Shown: piece after piece, positions 37,461-46,914 of the stretch
How positions within the stretch are numbered: position 1 is the first letter of the stretch
How the letters are laid out: each line of letters begins with the position of its first letter
Source of the DNA: an uncultured Candidatus Binatia bacterium
GTDB lineage: Bacteria > Desulfobacterota > Binatia > UBA9968 > JAJDTQ01
Assembly: GCA_965213675.1 (NCBI GenBank)
Contig: CBDCAF010000016.1
Span: forward strand, 8,871 to 72,870
Direction of reading: 5' to 3'
Length of the DNA: 64,000 bases
The notes under the pieces: model-generated
The model's database searches: none
What the model was told of the DNA's origin: nothing
The model's input: only the letters and a program-made list of their open reading frames with translations
Position numbers and translations under genes: made by a program

Positions 37461-37491
37461 TGCCGCCGGGCGCCATCGGCGCCCGGCGGCA
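37461..37491 (+). terminator. GC hairpin between glnA and amt (possible terminator or attenuator)
   Basis: 14-bp stem TGCCGCCGGGCGCC / GGCGCCCGGCGGCA with a 3-nt loop and no clear U-tract. Confidence 0.4.
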
Positions 37492-37550
37492 ACCAAGCCG
37501 GTTTTCCCAGGGCTGGTGTCCAAATCCACGAAACGGGAGGTGCCGCGAAC

Positions 37551-38966
37551 ATGACGTTGCACGGTTTTCCGATCAAGGCTTCTGGGTTCGGTGGGAATTG
37601 GCGGCGTGTGGCGGCGGCAGGCGGTCTGGTGGCGGTCTTGGGCTTTCTGTGGCTTGCGACCGCCGCGGATGCCGCCGTGGACAAGGAGGTGCAGTTCGTC
37701 CTGAACACCTTCTCATTCCTGATCTGGGGCGCCTTGGTGATGTGGATGTGCGCCGGCTTCACCATGCTGGAAGCGGGAATGGTGCGGACCAAGAACGTCT
37801 CCATGATCTGCCTCAAGAACATCGGCCTCTACTCCATCGCGGGGCTGATGTACTTCTTCATCGGCTACAACGTCATGTACGTGGACGTGGGCAGCGTGAT
37901 CGGCACGTTTACCGGCCTGTACGGACCGACGGCCAGCGAGGTGGCCCTGCTGGCCGGTCAGGAAGAGGCGCTCGACACGGTGCTCAAGAACGACTACTCC
38001 ACCATGTCGGACTGGTTCTTCCAGATGGTATTCGTGGCGACCACGGCGTCCATCGTCTCCGGCACACTGGCAGAACGAGTGCGGCTCTGGATCTTCTTCC
38101 TGTTCATTGCGATCCTCACCGGCCTGGTCTACCCCATCGTGGGGGCATGGACCTGGGGCGGGGGATGGCTTGGGGCCATGGAGTTCAAGGACTTCGCCGG
38201 TTCCACCATCGTCCACTCCACCGGCGGCTGGGCAGCCTTGGCGGGGGCGCTGGTGGTGGGGCCGCGGAGCGGCAAGTTCCGTCCTGACGGCAGCGTCAAG
38301 GACACGCCGCCGTCCAACATCCCCATCGTCACCCTCGGGGTCTTCATCCTCTGGTTCGGATGGTTCGGCTTCAACGGCGGGTCGCAACTCGCCTTGGGCG
38401 GCGCCGCCGACGCCATCGCCATCAGTCATATCCTGGTCAACACCAACCTGGCGGGAGCCGCGGGGTTCATCATCGCCCTGGTGATGGCGCGCCCCATCCT
38501 CGGCCGCATCGACCTGCTTGCCGGTCTCAACGGCGCCTTGGCGGGCTTGGTGTCCATCACCGCCGGACCGGACTTCGCCACGCACATCTGGGCCGTCATC
38601 ATCGGCGCCATCGGCGGTGCCATCTGCGTCTCGGGCATGAAGCTCCTTGATACGCTCAAGGTGGACGACGTGGTGGGAGCGGTGCCGGTGCACCTGTTCG
38701 CGGGCATCTGGGGGACGCTGGCCACGTGCATCGTCGCCGGCGGCAATCTCGGCGTCCAGCTTCTTGGCGTGGCCGCCGTGGGCGTGTTCGCCTTCGGGGT
38801 CTCCTATGCCCTGTGGACCGCCTTGAAGCATCTCATGGGCGCGCGCGTCTCGGTCGCGGTGGAGGAGCTGGGACAGGACGCGGGCGAACTCGGCATCGAG
38901 GCGTATCCGGAGTTCATGCTCATGCCCGATCCGGACGACGTGGCCGCGCTCCGCGACAACCGGTAA
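37551..38966 (+). CDS. amt: Ammonium transporter (Amt family)
   Basis: Signal/TM start and Amt signature regions (FTMLEAGMVRTKN, STIVHSTGGWAAL). A GGGAGG RBS precedes ATG 37551. Confidence 0.9.
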   Translation: MTLHGFPIKASGFGGNWRRVAAAGGLVAVLGFLWLATAADAAVDKEVQFVLNTFSFLIWGALVMWMCAGFTMLEAGMVRTKNVSMICLKNIGLYSIAGLMYFFIGYNVMYVDVGSVIGTFTGLYGPTASEVALLAGQEEALDTVLKNDYSTMSDWFFQMVFVATTASIVSGTLAERVRLWIFFLFIAILTGLVYPIVGAWTWGGGWLGAMEFKDFAGSTIVHSTGGWAALAGALVVGPRSGKFRPDGSVKDTPPSNIPIVTLGVFILWFGWFGFNGGSQLALGGAADAIAISHILVNTNLAGAAGFIIALVMARPILGRIDLLAGLNGALAGLVSITAGPDFATHIWAVIIGAIGGAICVSGMKLLDTLKVDDVVGAVPVHLFAGIWGTLATCIVAGGNLGVQLLGVAAVGVFAFGVSYALWTALKHLMGARVSVAVEELGQDAGELGIEAYPEFMLMPDPDDVAALRDNR

Positions 38967-38972
38967 CCGGTC

Positions 38973-39011
38973 CGGGAAGGGCGCCGCCCATGCCGGGCGG
39001 CGCCCTTCCCG
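38973..39011. terminator. Hairpin between convergent amt and the histidine kinase gene
   Basis: About 17-bp GC-rich inverted repeat CGGGAAGGGCGCCGCCC...GGGCGGCGCCCTTCCCG. No U-tract. Confidence 0.55.
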
Positions 39012-39028
39012 TGAAGCAAGGCGCGTGA

Positions 39029-41194
39029 TCAGCCAGACTGCGCGCCGGCGATGGCGACCGGGGCCGCCGAGGGAATGTCGATCCAGAACTCGGTAAAGGC
39101 CCCCGGCTCCGACTCGACACCCATCCTGCCGCCGTGCTGGGACACGATGTCCTGGGACAGGGACAGACCCAGTCCCGTGCCCTCTCCGGTGGGCTTGGTG
39201 GTGACGAAGGGCTCGAAGATCTTTGTGATCATGTCCCGTGGAATGCCGGGTCCGTTGTCGCGGATGCGAAACTCGACCCGGCCGTCCTGGCGCTTGCTCG
39301 ACAACCGGATGTGCGGCTCGTACTGACTTTGCATCTTGGCGCGCTCGAAAGTCGCCTGACACGCATTGGTGACGAGGTTGAGGAAGACGCGGCTCAGATC
39401 CTGGGGCACCACCTCCACCTCGCCGATCCCGGTATCCAGGTCCTCTTCCCAAGTGACGTTGAAACGCTGGTCCTTGGCGCGCATGGCGTGATAGGCGAGA
39501 TCGGCGTACTGCTTGAGTAGCGCGTTGAGATCCACCGCGCGGCGCTCGCCGGACTGGGCGCGCGAGTGGTCCAGCATGCTGCGCACGATGCCGTCGGCGC
39601 GCTTGCCGTGCTGATTGATCTTCTGGAGATTGGTGGTCAGGTCGTCCAGGATTCCCTCGACCTCGTCGCGCGCCTCCTCGGGCATTTGCTCACGGATCTC
39701 GCCCAACACCTCCCGCACCTCCTCGATGAGCTCGCCGGATACTTCCGAGAAGTTGTTGACGAAATTGAGCGGGTTCTTGATCTCGTGCGCAATGCCGGCG
39801 GTAAGCTGGCCCAGGGAGGCAAGCTTCTCCTGCATGACCACCTGGTGCTGTGCCGTTTTCAAGTCCTGAAGCGTCTGCTCCAACTGCACGTTCTTTCCCT
39901 TCAACTCATCCGCGAGACTCTCCACGAGATTGAGCCGCTGCACTTCCAGGGCATGCCGCCGGAACACCTCCAGCGCTTCCGCCATGTCGGCCACCTCATC
40001 GTTGCTCCCGATCTGGACCGGAACTTCGAGGTTGCCCTCGGCCATGGAACGCATGGACGCGGCCAATCCGGTCAAGCGCCGGATCAGATGGCGGCCGACG
40101 AACATCCACCCGAGCATGATGGCCCCGATGACCATCAACACGCTGAGTACCACCAACACGGTCATGCCGGTGTTCACGGCCGCGGCGGAGGCCTCTCTGG
40201 CTTCGCCGGCCTGTCGGTCCGCGGCCGCCACCACCAGGTCCATGGTGGCCAGCAGCCTCGCCGCGGTGATCCGGTTATCCTCTATGTAGCGGGCCTCGGT
40301 CTCGCCCTGTCTCAGTATGGCTTCCCGGAGGCCGAATATCCCGTCGGCGCCCTGCCCCAGCGACTTGAGCCGCGCGAACTCCGTGTCGAGCGAAGACGCC
40401 GCAGAGGCGCCGGACCCGGAGGAGCGAAAAGCGCGTTCGAAGGAACCGAGAGCGGCGGTGTAGCGCTCTCGAAGCGGCTGTATCAACGCCCGGTCATCCA
40501 ACACCGCGGCCTCCGCAAGCAGTCTCACGGCCAGATTGGCCTGTGTGTGCAACGTCAACAGGTCCCGATAACGCACGAGTTGGGCATAGGACGTGCGCTC
40601 CTCCATGGACACGGGTTGACCCTGGCGTTCGCGCAAGCCGGTGGCCAGAAAAAACTGCTGATCGTCGATGGCGGGTACCAGGACATGATCGATCTGACGG
40701 GCCATGGACGGAACCGTCGCCGCGCGTTCACTCAAGCGCCCCTGAAGTTGCCTCCTTTGCGACGACGACTGCTCGACCTTGTCCAGCGTCTTGCCCAGGG
40801 CGTCGGAAAGCGAGCGCAGTTGTTGCACGCGATCCTGGTTCCGAAACGACCCCAGCACCCGCAACTCTTCGATCAGGTCGTCAAGCTGTTCCTTGTCTTC
40901 GAGGATAGCCAACTTGACGTCATGAAGTTCCGCGTCGGACGTCACCGAAGCGAGGCGAGACGCCGCGTCCACAAGCGCCGAGCTCTGCCGCGCCGCCCGC
41001 ATCGCCGCCACCAGGCTGGGGAAGCTGTTTTCGGCAATGTTGCGCTGCGACCGGCTGACGATGCCGAACGACACCAAGGCAACGGTGCTGGCCGTCAGCA
41101 TCAGTAATACGCCGATGCCGAAAACGGTGTACATCTTGACACCGAGACCGATGCGCCGGGCCGCAAGGTATCGTCCGAGTCCGGCGAAGTTCAC
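39029..41194 (-). CDS. Sensor histidine kinase (periplasmic sensor-HAMP-HisKA-HATPase)
   Basis: Two TM segments flank an approximately 300-aa extracytoplasmic region. HAMP domain, H-box AHEIKNPLNF, N/G boxes and no receiver domain. Confidence 0.88.
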   Translation of the reverse strand: MNFAGLGRYLAARRIGLGVKMYTVFGIGVLLMLTASTVALVSFGIVSRSQRNIAENSFPSLVAAMRAARQSSALVDAASRLASVTSDAELHDVKLAILEDKEQLDDLIEELRVLGSFRNQDRVQQLRSLSDALGKTLDKVEQSSSQRRQLQGRLSERAATVPSMARQIDHVLVPAIDDQQFFLATGLRERQGQPVSMEERTSYAQLVRYRDLLTLHTQANLAVRLLAEAAVLDDRALIQPLRERYTAALGSFERAFRSSGSGASAASSLDTEFARLKSLGQGADGIFGLREAILRQGETEARYIEDNRITAARLLATMDLVVAAADRQAGEAREASAAAVNTGMTVLVVLSVLMVIGAIMLGWMFVGRHLIRRLTGLAASMRSMAEGNLEVPVQIGSNDEVADMAEALEVFRRHALEVQRLNLVESLADELKGKNVQLEQTLQDLKTAQHQVVMQEKLASLGQLTAGIAHEIKNPLNFVNNFSEVSGELIEEVREVLGEIREQMPEEARDEVEGILDDLTTNLQKINQHGKRADGIVRSMLDHSRAQSGERRAVDLNALLKQYADLAYHAMRAKDQRFNVTWEEDLDTGIGEVEVVPQDLSRVFLNLVTNACQATFERAKMQSQYEPHIRLSSKRQDGRVEFRIRDNGPGIPRDMITKIFEPFVTTKPTGEGTGLGLSLSQDIVSQHGGRMGVESEPGAFTEFWIDIPSAAPVAIAGAQSG

Positions 41195-42387
41195 GGTCGC
41201 TCCAAACGCTGGATCGAGCGAAAGCGCGCGCCGTCGTCGATCACGGTCAGGTACACCTGATCAGACCCTTGATTGTCGGCTTCACCGTAAAACAGCGCGA
41301 AGCCCTCGAGATCGATGGAGCCGGCCCCTTGCAGGGCGTCAATGAATCCCGTCCGGGTGAGATCCTTTCCGGCCCGGCGCAAGGCCTCCACCGTCACCCT
41401 TCCTGTCAGGTACCCCTCCAGGGACACGAAGCCGGGCACTGCTTCGGCCGCCACCGCGCGCAACGCTTCATGATACTGTCCGACCACCGGAATCTCCTGG
41501 TCGTGGGGGAAAGGCACGACCTGGGTCACGATCACGTCCTTGCCCGAGGGACCCAGCGCACTGGCCAGCGCCGAGCTGCCGACGAAGGAAATGTTCACGA
41601 AGAGGGGAGTGAACTCCAGGTGGCGCGCCCACTTGATGAACTCCGCCACAGGCTCGTAGGCGCCCACGATGATGACGGCCTCGGGCCGGTCCGCGCGCAG
41701 GTCCAGCACGGCGGTCTTGACCGCCCGCGTGTTGCGCGGGTAGGTGGCTTCGGATACCAGTCGCATGCCGCGCCGCCGGAGTGCCTGAAGCGTACCCGAG
41801 AGCCCGGCGCGCCCGTAGGAATCGTCCTGGTACAAGATGCCGATGCGCTTCACCCCCAGGTCGCGGGTGAGGCGCTCGACCATCTCTTCCGTCTCCTGAT
41901 AATAGGAAGCGCGTACGTTGACCACCGTGGGACGCTGGCGCGCGTCGCGCAGGAATTCCGCGCCCGTAAAGGCGCCAATGTAGGGAATGCCGGCCTCGGT
42001 GGCGATGGGTTCCGCGGCCTTCGACGTCGGAGTGCCCACTGCGCCGATCAACGCGAAGACCTGCTCCTCGTCGATGAGCGCAAACGTATTGCCGATGGCC
42101 GCCTCGGGCTCGTAGCGATCATCCAGGGTTACAAGACGCAGTTTCCGTCCGTGGATGCCGCCGGCGCGATTGGCCTCCTCGAAGGCGGCCGTAATGCCCA
42201 GGCGCATCCCTTCTCCCAGGGCCTTGGCGGAACCACTCAGGGCGCACGATTGCCCGAACACCACCTCATCCGCGGAGACGCCCGTGCTGGCCGCGCGCGC
42301 CGCCGTGGCCATGAGCGCCACGCCGGCCACGGTCGCCAGCAGCAAAGCCCCCAGGAATCGCGCCCACCCTGTAGAATCCACAACCAT
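41191..42387 (-). CDS. Periplasmic binding protein, type 1 (LivJ/LivK-like)
   Basis: Signal peptide followed by a LivK-like sequence (VVFGQSCALSGSAKALGEGM...). The stop overlaps the kinase start (ATGA), implying translational coupling. Confidence 0.85.
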   Translation of the reverse strand: MVVDSTGWARFLGALLLATVAGVALMATAARAASTGVSADEVVFGQSCALSGSAKALGEGMRLGITAAFEEANRAGGIHGRKLRLVTLDDRYEPEAAIGNTFALIDEEQVFALIGAVGTPTSKAAEPIATEAGIPYIGAFTGAEFLRDARQRPTVVNVRASYYQETEEMVERLTRDLGVKRIGILYQDDSYGRAGLSGTLQALRRRGMRLVSEATYPRNTRAVKTAVLDLRADRPEAVIIVGAYEPVAEFIKWARHLEFTPLFVNISFVGSSALASALGPSGKDVIVTQVVPFPHDQEIPVVGQYHEALRAVAAEAVPGFVSLEGYLTGRVTVEALRRAGKDLTRTGFIDALQGAGSIDLEGFALFYGEADNQGSDQVYLTVIDDGARFRSIQRLERP

Positions 42388-42428
42388 GACCTGTGTCCCG
42401 TCCGGTCAGCCAGGAGACGGGCTCCCGA

Positions 42429-42589
42429 GGAGCCTGTCGGGATTATCGAATCGTAGCGAGAGGCAGAGAAATGGAGGCCAGTTTCGGGCGGATTTGAGGA
42501 GAATATTGGTAATATTGGACGAAAATCCAACCGGAAATGGACCCATTTCGCTGCCTCGCAGTAGATTCTTGATAAACCCGACAGGCTCC
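42429..42589. repeat. 161-bp palindromic MITE-like element or long hairpin
   Basis: 13-bp perfect termini GGAGCCTGTCGGG / CCCGACAGGCTCC, extended by imperfect arms of about 50 bp around an AT-richer core (AATATTGGTAATATTGG). Core motifs recur at 52068-52170. Confidence 0.5.
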
Positions 42590-42653
42590 TGGGAATTTGC
42601 GCCGCAGGAATACGGCGTCCTGAGCGTAGCGAAGCGAAGTCGAAGAACGCGGC

Positions 42654-43862
42654 CTAACCCTGAAGATAGCGCAACGCCACACAGGTGATATCGTCCGATT
42701 GCGGGTTCCCGGCGGCGAACTCGCGCACCGTGTCGAGCACCCGGGATGTCACATCGTCGCACGCGGCGGCATCAAGCGTGGCCAGCAACGAGTCGAGCCG
42801 TTTCTCGCCGAGCTCCTCGAACCCGGGCCCCTCGGCTTCAGTGACGCCGTCCGTATAGAAGAACAGCATGTCGCCGGCCTCAAGCTGAAGCGTTTCATGA
42901 TTGAACGCATGGCCGCCAAGCACACCCAGCGCCAAGTCCCTTGTAGTGGGCAGCGCGACCACCTCCCCGCCCTTGTGCACGAGGCGCGGCGGATTGTGGC
43001 CGCCGTTGCAGTATTTGAAGACGCCGCTCCCGGAATCGAAGACGCCGTAGAAAAGGGTGACGAACGTGCAGCTCTTGTTGTCCTCGGCCAGCAGATTGTT
43101 GACGTGGGTCAGGCACTCGTCCGGTTGTCCGCCCTCCAGCGCGTGGCTTCGGAGCAGCGTGCGACAGGCCATCATGAACAGCGCGGCGGGAACGCCCTTG
43201 CCCGACACATCCCCGATGGCGACGCCGATCCTGTTGTCGCCCAGGGGAACGAAGTCATAGAAGTCGCCCCCGACTTCCTTGGCGGGAACCATGAGTCCGT
43301 GCGTTTCGTAGCGGTCGGTGGAAGGAAAGCTGCGCGGTAACACCGACGCCTGCATGTCCCGGGCGACGTCGAGTTCCTTGCTCAGGGCCACCAACTGGTC
43401 CCGGTTGTTCAAGGCCTCGCGCAGCAGCGCCAGGTGCTTGAGGGTCTTGTCGATGGTGATCTCGAGATCGTTGAAGTCGATGGGCTTGGTAACGAAGTCG
43501 AAGGCCCCGCGGTTCATGGCGGTACGGATGTTGTTCATGTCGCCGTAGGCCGACACGATCACGGAGCGAACATTGGGCTTGGTCTCGTTGAGTTGCTTGA
43601 GAAGCGCGAGTCCGTCCATGACCGGCATGTTGATGTCCGAGATGACCATCGAGATCTCGTCGTCGGCGTCGAGCATTTCGATGGCTTCCTTGCCGTTGTG
43701 CGCAAACTCGAACGCCAACTCGTTCCGACGGATGCGCCGGCGAAACTTCTGCAACATCAAGGTCTCGAGATCCACTTCGTCATCCACGACGAGGATCTTG
43801 ACGGGTCCTTCCGAGCCTTCGGACAAGGCTTGGGAGACCGCGCCGTCGAGGTTATCCGGCAT
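42654..43862 (-). CDS. Response-regulator receiver fused to a PP2C (SpoIIE/RsbU-type) phosphatase
   Basis: KILVVDDE...SDINMPVMDG receiver, then PP2C motifs (GGDFYDF, GDVSGKG, FFYTDGVTEA). Start at MPDNLDG (ATG 43862). Confidence 0.88.
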   Translation of the reverse strand: MPDNLDGAVSQALSEGSEGPVKILVVDDEVDLETLMLQKFRRRIRRNELAFEFAHNGKEAIEMLDADDEISMVISDINMPVMDGLALLKQLNETKPNVRSVIVSAYGDMNNIRTAMNRGAFDFVTKPIDFNDLEITIDKTLKHLALLREALNNRDQLVALSKELDVARDMQASVLPRSFPSTDRYETHGLMVPAKEVGGDFYDFVPLGDNRIGVAIGDVSGKGVPAALFMMACRTLLRSHALEGGQPDECLTHVNNLLAEDNKSCTFVTLFYGVFDSGSGVFKYCNGGHNPPRLVHKGGEVVALPTTRDLALGVLGGHAFNHETLQLEAGDMLFFYTDGVTEAEGPGFEELGEKRLDSLLATLDAAACDDVTSRVLDTVREFAAGNPQSDDITCVALRYLQG

Positions 43863-44205
43863 TGATTGCGTCCTGTCGCGTGGGGTGTATGGCGAGGATC
43901 TCGCTGAAACCGCTGATCTTGAAGACCTCCGCAATGTGGGCCCGCATGGTGCAAAGAAAGATCTTGCGACCACCCGCCTGCAACTGCTTCGCTGCCAGGA
44001 GAAGCACCCGGAGCCCGGCGCTGCTGATGTATTCAATATTCTCGAAGTCCACCACGAGCGATCCCTTGCCTTCTTCGATGAGCTGCAGCATGGACTCCTG
44101 GAAAGGGCTGGCCGTGCTGCCATCGATGCGGCCCGAGGGAATGATCACAGTGATATCGCCCTCGGTCTCCGTGGTCAGGTCCAAAACGCTTCCGGTTGCC
44201 ATCAA
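43852..44205 (-). CDS. STAS-domain anti-sigma-factor antagonist (RsbV/SpoIIAA-like)
   Basis: 117 aa. Conserved phosphorylatable YISSAGL motif. Confidence 0.85.
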   Translation of the reverse strand: MMATGSVLDLTTETEGDITVIIPSGRIDGSTASPFQESMLQLIEEGKGSLVVDFENIEYISSAGLRVLLLAAKQLQAGGRKIFLCTMRAHIAEVFKISGFSEILAIHPTRQDAINAG

Positions 44206-44651
44206 CTGTCTCCTTTCAAAGAGGCGCGTAGAGTGATTCGGTTGAGTCCGTCAATGCGTTGGTAGTCGGGATTCGGGAAAAGGGCCTTGGTGAGGAAGAC
44301 CCCCAGGCCGCCAATGGGACGGTCGTCGATGGAGGCATGGAGATCGGGCTCGGCGACCTCCTCGAAGGGGTTGAAGGCGATGCCGCTGTCGTCCAGTTGG
44401 GCTACCACCTCGTCGGCCTCGATGCGCAACTCCACCCGGAGCTCCCTTCGCTCCGTATCCACGAACCCGTACGAGATCGTGTTCGTCGCCAGTTCGTCCA
44501 GGGCGAGGCTCAGGTTGTGAATCTGTGGCTCGGAAAGTCCGTTGGCCGCGCCGAAACTAGCCACCGCCTCGGCCAGATCGTTCAGCGCCGATGAGAGCTC
44601 GGGTTCGAGGTCGATGGAAAGCTGTGGGATCGCTGTCTCCATGACAGTCAT
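44202..44651 (-). CDS. Anti-sigma regulatory factor, Ser/Thr kinase (RsbW/SpoIIAB-like HATPase)
   Basis: 149 aa. N-box-like ALDELATNTISYGF and G-box GGLGVFL. Overlaps the STAS gene start. Confidence 0.8.
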   Translation of the reverse strand: MTVMETAIPQLSIDLEPELSSALNDLAEAVASFGAANGLSEPQIHNLSLALDELATNTISYGFVDTERRELRVELRIEADEVVAQLDDSGIAFNPFEEVAEPDLHASIDDRPIGGLGVFLTKALFPNPDYQRIDGLNRITLRASLKGDS

Positions 44652-44731
44652 TTTGAACGTCGTACGTGGTCTATACGGTCAGGATTCGCTGATTGCGACT
44701 GTGAAAGGGTAATAGATCAAACAATATCGTG

Positions 44732-45232
44732 TCAAGAACTGTTCCGGAGTCCTTCCTTCACCCACCGCGACAGCGCCTTGTCAGGGTCCGCGATCTCCTC
44801 CACGGACGCGTACCACCAAGCCTCCCAGCCGGATTGCGGAAGACCGGTGAAAATCATCAGGTTCAACGGATACGCCTCGCTGTCGGTACAGCGCCTGAAG
44901 TCGTCCCGAAAGAGGAAAACCGGTTTCTCCCAAGCGATGGCCATGCCCAGCTCCACCATCACGCCCTCGTCAGGGGGACAGCCGTTGACCACCGCGAACA
45001 AGCCGTCCGCCTCGCGCACGTCCCGGAGGTCGGCCTGTCCGATGCGGTACGCCCAACCAGCCTCAGCCCTGTCCACCTGGTTGTTGCGCGCGAAGGGCTC
45101 CCACACCTCCACCCCGAGCCCCTCCAGCGCCGCGGTCAGCGCCGCCAGCGGCCCTTGCCGTTGCTGAGCGGAAAAGCCGTAAGGATTCGCGAGATACAGT
45201 GTCCTCGAGGACGGGGTGTGCGCGGCACGCAT
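44732..45232 (-). CDS. Nucleoside 2-deoxyribosyltransferase family protein
   Basis: LYLANPYGF...DEGVMVELGMA motifs. Start set at MRAAHT (ATG 45232). Confidence 0.72.
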   Translation of the reverse strand: MRAAHTPSSRTLYLANPYGFSAQQRQGPLAALTAALEGLGVEVWEPFARNNQVDRAEAGWAYRIGQADLRDVREADGLFAVVNGCPPDEGVMVELGMAIAWEKPVFLFRDDFRRCTDSEAYPLNLMIFTGLPQSGWEAWWYASVEEIADPDKALSRWVKEGLRNSS

Positions 45233-45340
45233 GGGTTTCGTGTGACATGCCGGCGGCACGAGCGCAAGCGTGCCGTGACGCGGCCGGGCAGCCCCGCCGC
45301 CCGGCATCATGCAAGTCGGCGAAGAGAGGGCCGGCGCGGT

Positions 45341-46669
45341 TCAGGCCATGGCTTTGTCATCCCGGACGCGAGCGGTGACCACGAGCAGGAAGAGCATGAC
45401 CACCAACAGGACGGTGCAGCTCAGCCCCAGGGACCACTGAATCCCCACAACGCCGCCCATGATGCCCACGGTGATGCCGCTGAAGGTGCGCAGCCCGAGG
45501 CCGGACATGATGAACAGGCCGATCAACTGACCGCGCAGGTGCGCCGGCGAGATGAGCTGAACGAGCGTTTGCGACATGGTAAGGAAGGCGAGGTTCAGGA
45601 AACCGGCGGCGAAGAGCAGCGCCACGGCCATGTAGAAGTAGGGCGTGAACGCGAAGATGCCCAGGGCCGTGCACCACAGGATGGCCAAAACCACCGCCGT
45701 GCGCGCCCGCGCCTTCAGGAACCCGCCGCTCTCCAGCAGCACGCCGCTCGCGAAGGCGCCGGCGCCGTTGGCGGCCAGCAGCACGCTGTAGCCCGCCTCA
45801 CCCTGCCCCAGGCTGACGGCGAATCCGGGCATCTGCGCCTGAAAGGCGTTGCCCACGATCAGCGAGGAAAGCCCCACGAGGCACACCATGGACACGATGA
45901 CCGGGTTGGTGCGCGCCTCTCTCAATGCCTCCAGGGAGCGCGCCCAGGTGGCGCGCCGCGCCCGGACCGCCCGCGTATGCTGCCCGTGACCCGTGTACGG
46001 CACCGTGAAGAGCCACAGGGTCAAGGGGATGTAGAACATCGCATTCACCACCAGACCCGCCGAATAGCCCATCGTCCGCATCATCCAGCCGCCCACGGCC
46101 GGACCCGCGAGGATCCCCAACTGCCGGCCGGTGGCGTTGAGGCGAACCGCGCTCTGCAGGTACTCCGGCCCCACCATGTCGTGCAGGATGAGCTGACTTC
46201 CGGGGCTCCACAACACGCCGGCGACGCCGTGCACCACCAGCAGCGCGCATGCGTGCCAGACCGTGAGCGTACCCGTGAAGATGAACCACGCCCAGGCGAT
46301 GGTCAGCACGAAGTACAGCACCATGGCCCACTGAATCACGCGCCGGCAATCGAACCGGTCCGACAGAAGGCCCACGTACCAAGACAACAGCAGGAAGGGC
46401 GACCAGTGGCTGATGACGGCAAACCCCTGCAGCTCCGGCCACTGGAACAACTCGAATATGACCCAGTAACTGATGACGTGCTCGATGTTGTCCGCCATCA
46501 TGGACAACATGGTGAAGCAGAAGTAGGCGCGGAAGTGACGGTGGCGCAATGCCGCGAAGGAAACGGTGGACTGGGCGACGTGTTTGTGCGATCCGTCCGC
46601 ACCCGCGGTGGACGGCGGCGGCCCGGTCCCGGACCGCGGGTCCACCGGTGGTGAGGGAGACTGTGGCAT
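45341..46669 (-). CDS. MFS transporter
   Basis: About 12 predicted TM helices. The start is uncertain; ATG 46669 was chosen and the ORF extends to 46804. Confidence 0.78.
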   Translation of the reverse strand: MPQSPSPPVDPRSGTGPPPSTAGADGSHKHVAQSTVSFAALRHRHFRAYFCFTMLSMMADNIEHVISYWVIFELFQWPELQGFAVISHWSPFLLLSWYVGLLSDRFDCRRVIQWAMVLYFVLTIAWAWFIFTGTLTVWHACALLVVHGVAGVLWSPGSQLILHDMVGPEYLQSAVRLNATGRQLGILAGPAVGGWMMRTMGYSAGLVVNAMFYIPLTLWLFTVPYTGHGQHTRAVRARRATWARSLEALREARTNPVIVSMVCLVGLSSLIVGNAFQAQMPGFAVSLGQGEAGYSVLLAANGAGAFASGVLLESGGFLKARARTAVVLAILWCTALGIFAFTPYFYMAVALLFAAGFLNLAFLTMSQTLVQLISPAHLRGQLIGLFIMSGLGLRTFSGITVGIMGGVVGIQWSLGLSCTVLLVVMLFLLVVTARVRDDKAMA

Positions 46670-46914
46670 GGCGCAGCAGCGAATGTGGCATGATGGAGGT
46701 TGGGAGGCAACTCGTGATATTCTTGACATTCCCCTTCCCGCGCGACTCTTCGAGAGTCGGCGCGCCTTGTTGCGATCCGGTCGGGGGATGTGGTAATGCG
46801 TCATTCAACCTGCTTTGAGCTAGCGTGAGCCTTGGAGATTCTCCCATGGGAAAACCAACCCGGGGAGACTCTCGCAGACTTCCCAAGTAATCCACGTCTA
46901 AAGGAGACCACACG

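Noticed and set aside
37403-37550. Sigma-54 promoter or a small glnK/PII ORF between glnA and amt.
   Set aside because: There is no TGGCAC-N5-TTGCW match and no ORF with PII motifs; only a GC hairpin is present.
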